Shown here in pieces: positions 30,004-40,368 of a stretch of DNA of 64,000 nt. Under the pieces are notes generated by a model. The model ran no database searches. It was not told the origin of the DNA and worked only from the letters and a program-made list of their open reading frames with translations. Origin of the DNA: an uncultured delta proteobacterium (GTDB lineage: Bacteria > Desulfobacterota > Desulfobacteria > Desulfobacterales > JAFDCJ01); the NCBI GenBank assembly GCA_963769935.1, contig CAVYNY010000007.1:224001-288000 (forward strand), read 5' to 3'. Positions within the stretch are counted from its first letter, which is position 1. Each line of letters starts with the position of its first letter. Position numbers and translations under genes: made by a program.

Positions 30004-31299
30004 CTATTTAGCGGCGTCAGCGATAGCTTTGTTGCCCAGTCGTTCCGCATCAGCGAGTGCCTCATCAACGGAAGCCTCGTGATGCCAAACTTTCTGGATG
30101 GCAGAACCGAGTGCATCAAAGATGCCATTGAGTCCGAGGTTATTTGGATAAGATATCCCGCAAAGGTAGAGAGGCTTTAGGCTTTGATCGTATGGATCGG
30201 ACCTGAAGGGCTCCTTATCCCAGTTTTCCATGTACAGGGGTGTTGCATCATACTTTTTGGCTAGTTCGTAGTCCTTCTGTGGGCTGTTTAGCCATTCAAG
30301 GGCCTTCCAGGCCAGCTCTTTATTTGTGGCCTGCCTCGGCACAACATACATCCAGGCGCCCATAAGAGTCACATGCTTATCTCCAGCGTGGGGTACGGGC
30401 GGTAAAGCTACCCCCCACTTCAGATCTGGAGCATCTCTGGGCTGTTGAGCCTTGATGCTCACGGTCTCGCTGATTTGCATGGAGGCGATACCGCTGATAA
30501 AGGCGGCGCGGGGATCCGGAAAGTTCAGGCTCGTTGATCCGTCCACGTCCAACATGTCCAAAATGAGTTGAAGCGCGGATTTACCGGCCGCATTGTTATA
30601 CATCGTTTTGCCTCCGCGCAGAGCCAACGGATCGTTGACCAATGCAGCGCCTGCCCCATAAATGGCCCACCAGTGCTTGTGAACGATCCCATGGGGATGC
30701 CCTACATGCCGGATGGCATACCCCACCCGCGTAATGTTGCCTTGACTGTCTCTTTTGGTCAATTTCTTGGCATATTCACGAAATTCAGCCCAGGTTACAG
30801 GCGGCCTTTCGGGATCCAGTCCGGCCTCTTCAAAATGCGCCTTATTCCAAGTCAAGCCATAGATCTCAAGGCCGAACTGGGGATAGCCCCACATTAGGCC
30901 ATTGCCGTAATCCGAAAGCGTCCTGACCTCTGGAGCGGTAGCCGCAAGCCAGGCCTTGGCTTTTGCCTCGGATACCGGCTCTAACATATCCTCCTTCAGA
31001 AATCCAGGAATCCAGGACCTGTCAACGAGCAGGATATCGCCTGTTTTCCCTGCCGCCGCACTCGCAAAAAGCTTCTGAATCATCGTGTCATAGTCCAATC
31101 CCACCAGCTGCACTTTACAGTTGTTTTTAGCCTCAAACTCGGCAAACAAGGTCTTGTCCTTGTATGAGGCAGTTCCCGGAGCGATGTCTCCTTCGGGATA
31201 CCACAGGGAAATGGTAGTGGGGCCCGCACTGGCTATCGTTACGAGGGCGAATAAAAAGATGATAGCCAATGTTAAGCACATAGTCTTATGATTTTTCAT
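30004..31299 (-). CDS. Carbohydrate ABC transporter substrate-binding protein (family 1)
   Basis: Signal peptide ending ASA, WNKAHFEEAGLDPERPPVTWAEF; AGGAGG RBS. Confidence 0.9.
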   Translation of the reverse strand: MKNHKTMCLTLAIIFLFALVTIASAGPTTISLWYPEGDIAPGTASYKDKTLFAEFEAKNNCKVQLVGLDYDTMIQKLFASAAAGKTGDILLVDRSWIPGFLKEDMLEPVSEAKAKAWLAATAPEVRTLSDYGNGLMWGYPQFGLEIYGLTWNKAHFEEAGLDPERPPVTWAEFREYAKKLTKRDSQGNITRVGYAIRHVGHPHGIVHKHWWAIYGAGAALVNDPLALRGGKTMYNNAAGKSALQLILDMLDVDGSTSLNFPDPRAAFISGIASMQISETVSIKAQQPRDAPDLKWGVALPPVPHAGDKHVTLMGAWMYVVPRQATNKELAWKALEWLNSPQKDYELAKKYDATPLYMENWDKEPFRSDPYDQSLKPLYLCGISYPNNLGLNGIFDALGSAIQKVWHHEASVDEALADAERLGNKAIADAAK

Positions 31300-31558
31300 C
31301 GAAAAGTACCTCCTTTTCAGCCAAGGTTGGCAAGAAAAATTGATTTTATTTGACGGCCCTTGTTTGAGCCATCCCCATACACACCATTATTTCCTGGTCA
31401 ATGATTCATCAGGTCAAGTTTATATTGGGAGATCCTTTTAGTAAATTCTTTGAACTGTATTCATTATCAGGCAATCTTCTTAATGCGATCCCGACGGATC
31501 AAGCCTGGCACTTTGAGCGAAACGGTATTCAACGGGCTCTTGTACCAAAATTATCGCA

Positions 31559-31655
31559 ATGTATACATAACTAGTGTGATATCATGTTCTGATAATCATT
31601 TTTATTAATCCCCTAAAAAATTATTGTCAATACAAAATTTATATAATTTTGTATT
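31559..31655. promoter_or_regulatory. Candidate GntR operators in the binding-protein/ATPase divergent region
   Basis: Perfect palindrome ATGTATACAT (31559-31568) and inverted repeat AATACAAAATT-N5-AATTTTGTATT (31629-31655). Confidence 0.55.
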
Positions 31656-31846
31656 CATTTTATGCTTGCTTTTTAATACAATAGCTTTTATTCTTTTTTG
31701 CATTGGCATAATAGGTTATTGTTGCACCTTTAAGAATTATAGGTATTCTTAAATATAGATTATAGACTGGCCGACTATTGGTATGAGAGGAACAACTATT
31801 ACTGGTCACTCAGCCTGGATAGCATGACTTATCGGAGGCACCATAA

Positions 31847-32953
31847 ATGGCAAAAGTTGTGTTGAAAAGTCTTACTAAAAAATACGGCAATGTTGTGGCA
31901 GTAAACAATGTCAATCTTGAGATTTCAGACCGGGAGTTTGTTGTGCTGGTTGGACCTTCCGGCTGTGGCAAAACAACAACCCTGCGGATGATGGCCGGGT
32001 TGGAGGAAATCACGGAAGGGGATATCTATATCGGGGATCAACGGGTCAATGATTTGGTATCAAAAAACCGCAACATCGCCATGGTGTTTCAAAGCTATGC
32101 TCTCTATCCTCATATGAATGTTTTCGATAATATGGCCTTTGGGCTAAAAATGCGCAAGGTGCCAAGGAAAGAGCGGATAAAGTTGGTCCGGGATGCGGCA
32201 GACATTTTAGGGGTTCAGGACTTGTTGGACCGCAAACCCAAACAGCTCTCGGGCGGCCAAAGGCAGCGTGTTGCTTTAGGACGAGCGATTGTTCGTAATC
32301 CGGAAGTGTTTCTGTTTGACGAACCTCTGAGCAACTTGGATGCAAAACTTCGGGTGCAGATGCGAACTGAGTTGGTCAAGTTGCACAAGCGACTGAAATC
32401 AACTTCAGTCTATGTTACCCATGATCAAGTAGAGGCCATGACCATGGGAGATCGTATCGTGGTGATGAAGGACGGCCTGGTCCAACAGGTAGGTGCTCCC
32501 TTAGAGCTTTACAACAAACCTGCTAATCTATTTGTTGCCGGTTTTATTGGCAGCCCGGTTATTAACCTTCTGCCGTGCCGGATGGTAAGGGAAAATTCCC
32601 TGGTGTACCTAGAAACCAGCGGTTTTAAACTACAGCTTCCGGAAGATTTGGCTATGACTTCGCTAGCCGCAAAGGCAACAGAATTTATTTTGGGGGTGCG
32701 CCCGGAAGACATTGCCCAAGATTGGAAGGGAGAGCCATCTGCCCGAAAAAGCGGCCACATCCAAACCAAAGTGGATGTCATCGAAACGCTAGGCAAGGAA
32801 ACGTATATAGATATTATAACGGGGGATGATAAAATGACCGCGATCATAAGCCCCAACATAAAAGTTGCCATTGGTGATGACATCAATTTAGAAATAAACA
32901 TGGACAAGATTCATCTGTTTAGTAAAAAACAAGGTGGAGAGGCAATTTTTTAA
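31847..32953 (+). CDS. Carbohydrate ABC transporter ATP-binding protein (MalK/UgpC-like)
   Basis: GPSGCGKT, LSGGQRQR, DEPLSNLD, YVTHDQ, C-terminal TOBE region. Confidence 0.95.
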   Translation: MAKVVLKSLTKKYGNVVAVNNVNLEISDREFVVLVGPSGCGKTTTLRMMAGLEEITEGDIYIGDQRVNDLVSKNRNIAMVFQSYALYPHMNVFDNMAFGLKMRKVPRKERIKLVRDAADILGVQDLLDRKPKQLSGGQRQRVALGRAIVRNPEVFLFDEPLSNLDAKLRVQMRTELVKLHKRLKSTSVYVTHDQVEAMTMGDRIVVMKDGLVQQVGAPLELYNKPANLFVAGFIGSPVINLLPCRMVRENSLVYLETSGFKLQLPEDLAMTSLAAKATEFILGVRPEDIAQDWKGEPSARKSGHIQTKVDVIETLGKETYIDIITGDDKMTAIISPNIKVAIGDDINLEINMDKIHLFSKKQGGEAIF

Positions 32954-33155
32954 TGGAGATGCCTCGTAAAAGACTTGGTTGGTATAATCTACGGCGTTTG
33001 CTTGCTGTGAATGCCGTTATAGACCTAATATAAATTATGCCACAGCAGGTGTTTGTTTGCGCTGCTATGAGCTTGTTTTCGAAATGGTAAATCAACCGAT
33101 TGCCTAAATGCCGTGTTATGTCAGGCATCCGGCAAATATTAGGAGGGCTTACATT

Positions 33156-33992
33156 ATGATTAAGCTTGCAGTTGCGGTTGCCACCGAAGATGCAATTCCT
33201 GATGCGTTTGTAGTGTGGCGGGGCATTGAGGCCTCTATGCGCAAGGCTGTTGAATTCGGGTATGACGGAATTGAACTTGCGCTTAAACATGCAGGACAGG
33301 TGAAGGCGGACAGGCTTGAAGCGTTTTGTTCTGAATACGGAGTTTCGATTCCATGCATTTCTACCGGACAGGTTTTCGCCGGACTCGGTTTGTATTTTAC
33401 GCACCCCGATAAAAATAAAAGGAAAGAAGTAAAAACTGTCTTCAAAGATCTAATTGATCTTGCATCTCGGTTCGGTGCCATGGTCAATATCGGTAGGGCA
33501 AGAGGTTTTGTAGAAAAAAACGAAACCATGGAGAGTGCACAGCTGCGATTTCTTGAAATTGTACGGGAGCTGGCTGAATACGCTAGTGGGAAAGCAGTAA
33601 ATCTTATTTTAGAACCTGTTAACCGGTATGAGATAAATTTTATCAACTCCGTCGAGCAAGGGGCCGCTCTTATGAAAACAATAGGGGCCCCTAACATGGG
33701 GCTTATGCCTGATCTATTTCACATGAATATTGAGGACCGGACGCTCGGCGGCGAACTTGAGCGATTTTCAGAATACGTAAAATATATCCACTTTGCGGAT
33801 TCAAACCGCTTGGCTCCGGGGCAAGGGCATATTGATTTCGACAGTGTGTTTGAATCGCTTGAAAAAATGAATTATGACGGCTGGGTTTCAGTAGAGATTT
33901 TACCGAGACCCGATCCGGATGCAGCAGCTCGCCAAGCAATCGAATATCTGAAACCTCGGATTGATAAATATAATATACCCGGAAAGTATTGA
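33156..33992 (+). CDS. Sugar phosphate isomerase/epimerase, IolO (5-keto-L-gluconate epimerase)-like TIM barrel
   Basis: STGQ, IGRARG, EPVNRYE, DLFHMNIE, HFADSNRLAPGQGH, SVE; AGGAGG RBS before ATG 33156. Confidence 0.87.
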   Translation: MIKLAVAVATEDAIPDAFVVWRGIEASMRKAVEFGYDGIELALKHAGQVKADRLEAFCSEYGVSIPCISTGQVFAGLGLYFTHPDKNKRKEVKTVFKDLIDLASRFGAMVNIGRARGFVEKNETMESAQLRFLEIVRELAEYASGKAVNLILEPVNRYEINFINSVEQGAALMKTIGAPNMGLMPDLFHMNIEDRTLGGELERFSEYVKYIHFADSNRLAPGQGHIDFDSVFESLEKMNYDGWVSVEILPRPDPDAAARQAIEYLKPRIDKYNIPGKY

Positions 33993-34209
33993 ATGCCGCT
34001 GCAATCCAGATATAAAACAACATATAAGGCCAGTCTTGTGATTTGCAAATGCCTTGAATAATTAACCCGGTTACTGAAAGCCCAAATTGAAAACAAATTG
34101 ACCGGTTTTGAGCGCTTTGTGGAAACCACATGCTGTGATGGGTGTTGCAACACATGAAAAAAGGCCCTCAGAACATCGTTCATAAATTGCACAAATTAAG
34201 GAGGTCATA

Positions 34210-35112
34210 ATGAAAAACAGTATCGGTTTTGTCGGCGCCGGCCTGATGGGAAGAGGAATAATTAAAAACTTACTGAAAAATGGTTATTCCGTACAAATTT
34301 TTATCCATAAAAGCACTGAAGCAGCTGAGATTTTGGGAAAAAAGGGAGCCACAACTACCCGCTCCCTTGAAGAACTGGCAAACCAAAATGAAGTATTTAT
34401 GCTGGCCGTTCCAGCATCTCCTGAGGTGGAACAGGTGATTTTGGGCAATCAGGGTCTTATTAACTTCCTATCCAAAGGAAAGATAATAATTGACTTGAGT
34501 ACGAGCTATCCTGAATCCACAAAAATGATTGTGGAAAAATTGCAAAAAAAAGGAATTAGAATGTTGGACGCTCCGATGACCGGCAGCACACCACAGGCGG
34601 AGGCGGGCGAACTGAACCTGATGGTAGGCGGCGAAAAATCGGACTACGACGAGATGTACCCTATATTTGAGGCAATAGCAAAAAACATCTTTTTTGTGGG
34701 AGAACATGGGGCTGGGCATACTGTGAAATTAATGAACAATTTTCTCGGACAGCTGAATGTATCCGGTTTATCAGAAATGCTGGTTTTCGGGCAAAAATAT
34801 GGAATTGATTTGCAGGCATTTTTCGACGTCGTCAGCGTCAGCGGAGGAAATAGTGCCGCCTTTCAGGGCACGGTGCCAAAGGTTTTGAGCAGAGATTTCG
34901 GAGTCTCGTTTCATCTGAAACTCGTGCATAAGGACTTGCGATATATTACGGAACTCGGTCGTGCAACAGGAGCACCCATGCCGATTGCCAATAATATCTT
35001 TAATATGTACGATATGGCAAAGGCAGCAGGTTATGGTGATGAAAACTTTTCCGCGATAGTCAAATTATATGAAAAAATTACCGGTGTAGAGGTTAAGAGA
35101 GAGAAAAAATAG
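34210..35112 (+). CDS. Beta-hydroxyacid dehydrogenase (HIBADH/GarR/LtnD family)
   Basis: GFVGAGLMG, DLSTS, DAPMTGS, VKLMNN, KDL. Confidence 0.9.
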   Translation: MKNSIGFVGAGLMGRGIIKNLLKNGYSVQIFIHKSTEAAEILGKKGATTTRSLEELANQNEVFMLAVPASPEVEQVILGNQGLINFLSKGKIIIDLSTSYPESTKMIVEKLQKKGIRMLDAPMTGSTPQAEAGELNLMVGGEKSDYDEMYPIFEAIAKNIFFVGEHGAGHTVKLMNNFLGQLNVSGLSEMLVFGQKYGIDLQAFFDVVSVSGGNSAAFQGTVPKVLSRDFGVSFHLKLVHKDLRYITELGRATGAPMPIANNIFNMYDMAKAAGYGDENFSAIVKLYEKITGVEVKREKK

Positions 35113-35532
35113 AGACTTTAATTGATAGCAATCCTTTAATATCTAAGGAAAAGAGAAAAACTTGCGGAGGCCGATGGAGTTGGGAGATATAAAGATTACC
35201 TGCCAAATAATCAACCCAGTCCAAGCGGCCACCGCAAGTGAAATCCAGTAAATCACAAAAGCGAGAAGGCTTCTATAAAATGCCCATGATTCGATTCGAG
35301 GATCAACGAACTTAGGCAGGGCAGTTCAATCCGCCAACGTCCCTGTCGAAGTCACCGCCGTTGGCTTCAACAAAAGCAAAAAGGGGTGCTCGCAGCTGCT
35401 CCCCCTTATTTTACACCGCCAAGCAAACGGGTTAATTTTTAGCTATCTATCGTCGCCCCGGTAAAATGCCTGACTCAAATGAGGCCGAACGGTTTAAGCC
35501 GAACTGTTTTACGCAATATTGGATAAGAATCT

Positions 35533-36885
35533 TTAAAGACCATATGCAGAGCGGTCGCGGCGCATTTCACAGAGCAATTCATCCACGACTAATAAGGTCT
35601 TCTCCACATCCTCGGCTGTATGGGCTGCTGAAGTATATTGCCGTCCCCTTGAGGGATGAAACCTGATGCCTCTTTCCAGGCCGCCTTTTCTGAATTTTTG
35701 ATACGCAACTTTGTTGACCATGAAATTGTCTCTGTAGTCATTCATTTTCTGCTGTATCCCGAATGCAAGTTGCCAAATTGACCCAACTGCATCACAAAAT
35801 AAGCAAATATCATTACTTTTAGCGATGGCTGCTATTCCGTCTACCACGGATCTTGTCAAGTTCGCCATATGCTCATAAATCGAAGGATTTTCCAACTCTC
35901 CGATCGTTGCTTTGCATGCTGCAATACAAATTGGATTTCCATTAAACGTTCCCACAGGATGCACACCCGAGTCCATTATTTCCTTTTTTCCGGCAACTCC
36001 GGCTAACGGATAACCCCCTGCTACCGCTTTTCCGAATGAACATGTATCCGGGGTCACGCCATAATACTCTTGCGCCCCGCCGATGGAAAGGCGGAATCCG
36101 GTGATTACCTCATCGAATATCAAAACGATGTCGTTTTTTGCCGTCAGATCTCTTAGGCCTTGCAAGTAACCGGGTTTGGGAAAAATAGGCTCACAGTTGC
36201 CCATGATAGGCTCTGTGATTATGGCGGCGATCTCATGCCCTTGCCTTTCTATTACCTTTTCGACCAATTCTAAATCGTTCCACGGAAGCACTATTATATC
36301 ATCTGCCGCCTTTTCGCGTTGACCAGCGCTGCCAATCGTTTTCCAGGGTTTATTTCTCGGCCCTAAATGTTGCAGAGAATCGGGTCTAACGCTTATCAGT
36401 TCCTCGTCGGACCAGCCATGGTAATGCCCCTCGAATTTTACTATTTTATCTTTGCCAGTAAATGCTCTTGCTAAGCGGAAGTTCAGCATATTTGCCTCTG
36501 TGCCACTAGCTGTGTAGCTAACTAATTCGGCACAAGGAATTATGTCAACCAATTTTTCGGACACTTCATTGAGTATTTTGTCCGGGGCAGCGAATATCGA
36601 TCCTCTGCCTATCTGATCGATTACTTCCTGATTCAAAACAGGGGGACAGTAGCCAAGTATCATCGGCCCATAGCCACCCATATAATCAATATACTCGTTG
36701 CCATCGACATCATAAATCTTTGACCCTTTTCCACGCTCAATATAGATAGGGTAATTTTCGGTTGGTGATTTGTGCAGGCTACTTGCTACTCCGTTGACAA
36801 GGCAACTCTTGGCCTTCTCGAAATATTCCCTCGATTTGGCGGTTTTTTCCCCCCAAAAATCATTCTGTTTCAAATTCGACTGCAT
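35533..36885 (-). CDS. Class III aminotransferase, glutamate-1-semialdehyde aminomutase-like
   Basis: DVDGNEYID, SGTEA, KFEGHYHG, FDEVITGFR, FGKAVAGGYP, GTFNGNP; context argues against housekeeping hemL. Confidence 0.88.
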   Translation of the reverse strand: MQSNLKQNDFWGEKTAKSREYFEKAKSCLVNGVASSLHKSPTENYPIYIERGKGSKIYDVDGNEYIDYMGGYGPMILGYCPPVLNQEVIDQIGRGSIFAAPDKILNEVSEKLVDIIPCAELVSYTASGTEANMLNFRLARAFTGKDKIVKFEGHYHGWSDEELISVRPDSLQHLGPRNKPWKTIGSAGQREKAADDIIVLPWNDLELVEKVIERQGHEIAAIITEPIMGNCEPIFPKPGYLQGLRDLTAKNDIVLIFDEVITGFRLSIGGAQEYYGVTPDTCSFGKAVAGGYPLAGVAGKKEIMDSGVHPVGTFNGNPICIAACKATIGELENPSIYEHMANLTRSVVDGIAAIAKSNDICLFCDAVGSIWQLAFGIQQKMNDYRDNFMVNKVAYQKFRKGGLERGIRFHPSRGRQYTSAAHTAEDVEKTLLVVDELLCEMRRDRSAYGL

Positions 36886-37014
36886 CTTGAAAACCCCTTT
36901 TCCGGTCAAAATTATTAATAAATAGTATCTGAAATCACTGAACCCGATTTCGAGGATTGCGAAAACATTTCAGGCTTTAATATTCGCAAACAAAGGAGTA
37001 GTTAACAGCGCTAC

Positions 37015-37596
37015 TTACTTCAACCCTTCTGACAAATAGGCGATACAGGCAAGTTCTTCAATAAGATCGGCCATGTTGTAAGCCGTTACGATGTCTTGTC
37101 CCAAGGCTACAATTCCATGTTGCTCCATTAAAAGGGCTTTGCAGCCAGGGTTTTCTTTAATGACGCGTGCAACATTTTTCTGCAGATCATCTGACCCTGA
37201 CGGGGCAAAAGGTACACGCGGCATTGGAGGTTGTTTAAAAGCTGCATCAGTCACCATAGGTATGTCCCGCTGTTTTACTGCAAAGGCTGTAGCATAGGGC
37301 GAATGGACATGCAAAACGGCACTGATATCAGGGCGCAAACGTAAGATATCGGCATGGAAGCGATACTCTTTGGAAGGTTGATAACTTCCACCCTTCGTCC
37401 ATTCATAGGAAGTAATGCGAACATGGACCAGGTTATTTAGCTCACTATCGCCGAGAGAAATGCCTGAGGCAGTGATAACCATATCCTTCTCGCTCAGCCT
37501 TGCGCTAAAATTTCCGCCTGTGCCTCCAACAAGGCACCTATGATAAGCCTTTTGGGCGTATGCCACAAGTCGCTTTCGTATCTCTTCTTCTGTCAT
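37015..37596 (-). CDS. Class II aldolase/adducin family protein (FucA/AraD-like)
   Basis: GGNFSAR, PSKE..FH, HVHS, QHG metal ligands; start overlaps the kinase stop. Confidence 0.9.
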   Translation of the reverse strand: MTEEEIRKRLVAYAQKAYHRCLVGGTGGNFSARLSEKDMVITASGISLGDSELNNLVHVRITSYEWTKGGSYQPSKEYRFHADILRLRPDISAVLHVHSPYATAFAVKQRDIPMVTDAAFKQPPMPRVPFAPSGSDDLQKNVARVIKENPGCKALLMEQHGIVALGQDIVTAYNMADLIEELACIAYLSEGLK

Positions 37597-39155
37597 TCTT
37601 TCTTTGCTCCTGTTATCCAAACCTCAGGTAAATCTAATTTCGCCAACCGTTCAAAATACGGTTTAACATCTATATAGAGTTCTTTATAAATTGGGAACAG
37701 ACGATCGTATACGGCCTGACCGATGGGCTCAGGATGGAACTCACGACCTGTCACGACAACTTGATTCACTGCAGTTAAATAATCGGGGTAGGCTCCGACG
37801 CTGACGCCGGCCAGTATAGCAACGCCCAGCACTTCGGTATGCGCCTGCGTCAAACTCACTATTTTTTTCCCCAATGCGTTAGCAATGATTTGATTCCATA
37901 CGTTGCTTTCAGCGGCTGCGCCTCCAATACGAATTGTCTTAATATCCAATCCTCGGTCCAATTCAAGAATTTCGACCACATGTTTGATAGCAAATGCGGC
38001 ACCCTCCAAAACAGAGCGTATAAAATCGTTGCGATTATGACCCAGTGTCACTCCGAAAAAGACCCCACGGGCAAATGGGTCCCAGATCGGTGTCCGTTCG
38101 CCTGAAATATACGGTAAGAATACTAAGCCTTTGCTTCCAGGAGGCGCTTGTTCCGCTTGGGCGGTCAGAAAATCATAAGCATCCTGCTTAGTTAAATTCG
38201 CCATTGTTTGTTCCGTCTGACCGAAATTATCCCTCAGCCAGCGTAAAGAAGACCCCACACCATTGATAGCCCCGATAGATAACCAACGATCGTTTACGAC
38301 ATGGGTGCAGTTCATAAACCGATCGTCAAATTGAGGTTCGCCCAAGGTGGAGGCCACCCTTGCGGCTGTTCCCATAATGATGAAGCAGTCACCCGGGCTC
38401 ATAACACCAGATCCGATAGAGGCCCCGACTGTGTCCATGCAGCCGGCGATTACAGGAGTACCGGGAGCCAATCCAGTCAGACGTGCTGCCTGAGTCGTGA
38501 TTTCGCCTGCTACTGCTTCGGATGGAAGTACTCTTGGCATCTTCTCCAGTGGAATCCCCAGTGCTTCTCGGAAAGAGCTATGCCATTCCATCTTCCGAAT
38601 ATCGAATAAAAGGGTAGTAGAAGCCCTTGAGTAGTCCATCGTGAACTGGCCTGTTAGCCGGGCCACAATATACCCGCCGGGCACCATAAGTTTATGGGCG
38701 GCATCGAATGTATCAGGGTCCTCGTTTTTCAACCATAGAATTGATGGTAGAGAATAGGCACCAGGTGCTACAGGGTTGCCTGCAATGGCGAAAACGTTGT
38801 CTGCCCCTAAAATTCGGCGAACTTCTTCCACCTCCGGGAGGGTTCTCTGGTCCCATAGCATGATGGCAGAGCGAAGTGGCTGTCCCTTGGAATCAACGGC
38901 GATCAACCCGTTAGTACAACCCACTCCTATGGATAAAATTTCTTTCGAATTGATACCCTTTATCGCTTTACTGATAGCCTGCACTGCAGCCCGCCACCAC
39001 ACCTCGGCATCATGTTCCGCTTGGCCGGGCACCTTGCTGATCATTTGGTATTCACCATATCCTGTTCCGATGAGGGAGCCATCCAAGGCGAAGAGCCCAA
39101 CCTTGGCGCCGGTCCCCCCAATGTCAAGACCCAATAGGTAAGGACCTTCTTTCAT
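37593..39155 (-). CDS. FGGY-family carbohydrate kinase (xylulokinase-like)
   Basis: GLDIGGTGAK, WDQR, PYISGERTPIWD, LEG, GG. Confidence 0.92.
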   Translation of the reverse strand: MKEGPYLLGLDIGGTGAKVGLFALDGSLIGTGYGEYQMISKVPGQAEHDAEVWWRAAVQAISKAIKGINSKEILSIGVGCTNGLIAVDSKGQPLRSAIMLWDQRTLPEVEEVRRILGADNVFAIAGNPVAPGAYSLPSILWLKNEDPDTFDAAHKLMVPGGYIVARLTGQFTMDYSRASTTLLFDIRKMEWHSSFREALGIPLEKMPRVLPSEAVAGEITTQAARLTGLAPGTPVIAGCMDTVGASIGSGVMSPGDCFIIMGTAARVASTLGEPQFDDRFMNCTHVVNDRWLSIGAINGVGSSLRWLRDNFGQTEQTMANLTKQDAYDFLTAQAEQAPPGSKGLVFLPYISGERTPIWDPFARGVFFGVTLGHNRNDFIRSVLEGAAFAIKHVVEILELDRGLDIKTIRIGGAAAESNVWNQIIANALGKKIVSLTQAHTEVLGVAILAGVSVGAYPDYLTAVNQVVVTGREFHPEPIGQAVYDRLFPIYKELYIDVKPYFERLAKLDLPEVWITGAKKE

Positions 39156-39507
39156 ATGGCCGTCGCCTCATTGTCGCGAAATAAATTCGCCATCCGAACA
39201 AAGTTTCGTCTATTCATTTTCGCCCCGAGCGGAGCATTTCATCCAAGTATTGGTCAAGTTAAATCCAAGGAGGTTCTCAAACTTTGCTGATATTTTCGCT
39301 TTTTCTTCATTGTCAGATCGCAAAATTGCGGCTTTCTTAGTCCGCTTTTCTATGAAGTGTGCCCTGCTTTGCTGCCTTTTTTCTCAGTTTGGCCATGAAT
39401 GAAATAATTCATGGCACTGCACTAACCCAAAACCTCAAATCTGTTTGCAAAAAAGAGGAATATATGAGTGCAATATACGCTCTAAATGAATCCAATAAAC
39501 AACCAAA

Positions 39508-39595
39508 TAGTATACAAAATATGCTTTGTCAATAGATATATTGGGATATTATTGGACAAAAAAATGGTTGATTTTGTATACCTTTTAGGTATAAT
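39508..39595. promoter_or_regulatory. Candidate GntR operators and gntR promoter
   Basis: GTATACAAAAT (39510-20) and its perfect inverse ATTTTGTATAC (39571-81); TTGATT-N16-TATAAT (39568-39595) facing gntR. Confidence 0.55.
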
Positions 39596-39660
39596 CCTAC
39601 TCGATTAGAAAATAAACTGATTGAAAGCTATCCCCTTCAATTAATGGATCGGAGAAACTG

Positions 39661-40368
39661 ATGAGTCGACCTAAAAAGGACATAGTAGTGCAATCCACTA
39701 CCGGCGGCACCTTGCAAGATAAGGCATATGATTATGTAAAAGAAAAAATAATGAAACGGGGTTTGGCGCCCGGTCAGAATGTGACGGATGCCCAAATTGC
39801 CAATGAACTGAACATGAGCCGAACCCCTGTTCGAGGAGCATTGCTTCGCCTGGATCAAGAAGGGTTCCTTGTCAGTAACGCTGGCAAAGGTTGGAAAATA
39901 TATTCCCTTTCTTTGGAAGATATTAAAGATATTTTTGATATTAAATTGCAATTGGAGGGAATGATTTGCAGAAAAGCTGCTGCCAGCGATGATAAGAAAA
40001 TGCGGGGCCTTTTAAAAGCAACGCTTAAAAATATGAAAAAAGCTTTTGAATCCTATGATCTCACAGCATGGCAGACTGCGGATATGGAACTGCATAACAC
40101 AATCTTTGCCATGAGCGCCAACCAACGAGCCGCCCGCATAATCAAAGATCTGAATGATCAATGGTACCGTGTACAGATTGGACTTGTTGCACTGGAGGGT
40201 CGAATGCAGCGCTCGATTACTGAGCATGAGGCTATCGTCGAAAGCATTCTGGCCAACGATGAGGAAAATGCAGATATCAATATGCGGCGTCACCTGACGA
40301 ACCTGAGGGAAGAGCTTGTCAGGGTATTGGTTAACCTTGTATTTCCTTTCGCGCAAAACGGTATTTAA
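39661..40368 (+). CDS. GntR family transcriptional regulator (FCD domain)
   Basis: wHTH with MSRTPVR; C-terminal FCD with DMELH, EHEAI, RHL. Confidence 0.92.
   Translation: MSRPKKDIVVQSTTGGTLQDKAYDYVKEKIMKRGLAPGQNVTDAQIANELNMSRTPVRGALLRLDQEGFLVSNAGKGWKIYSLSLEDIKDIFDIKLQLEGMICRKAAASDDKKMRGLLKATLKNMKKAFESYDLTAWQTADMELHNTIFAMSANQRAARIIKDLNDQWYRVQIGLVALEGRMQRSITEHEAIVESILANDEENADINMRRHLTNLREELVRVLVNLVFPFAQNGI

Noticed and set aside
35533..36885. Housekeeping hemL
   Set aside because: It has the fold motifs but lies in a kinase-aldolase operon in an accessory island with no tetrapyrrole genes; symbol withheld.
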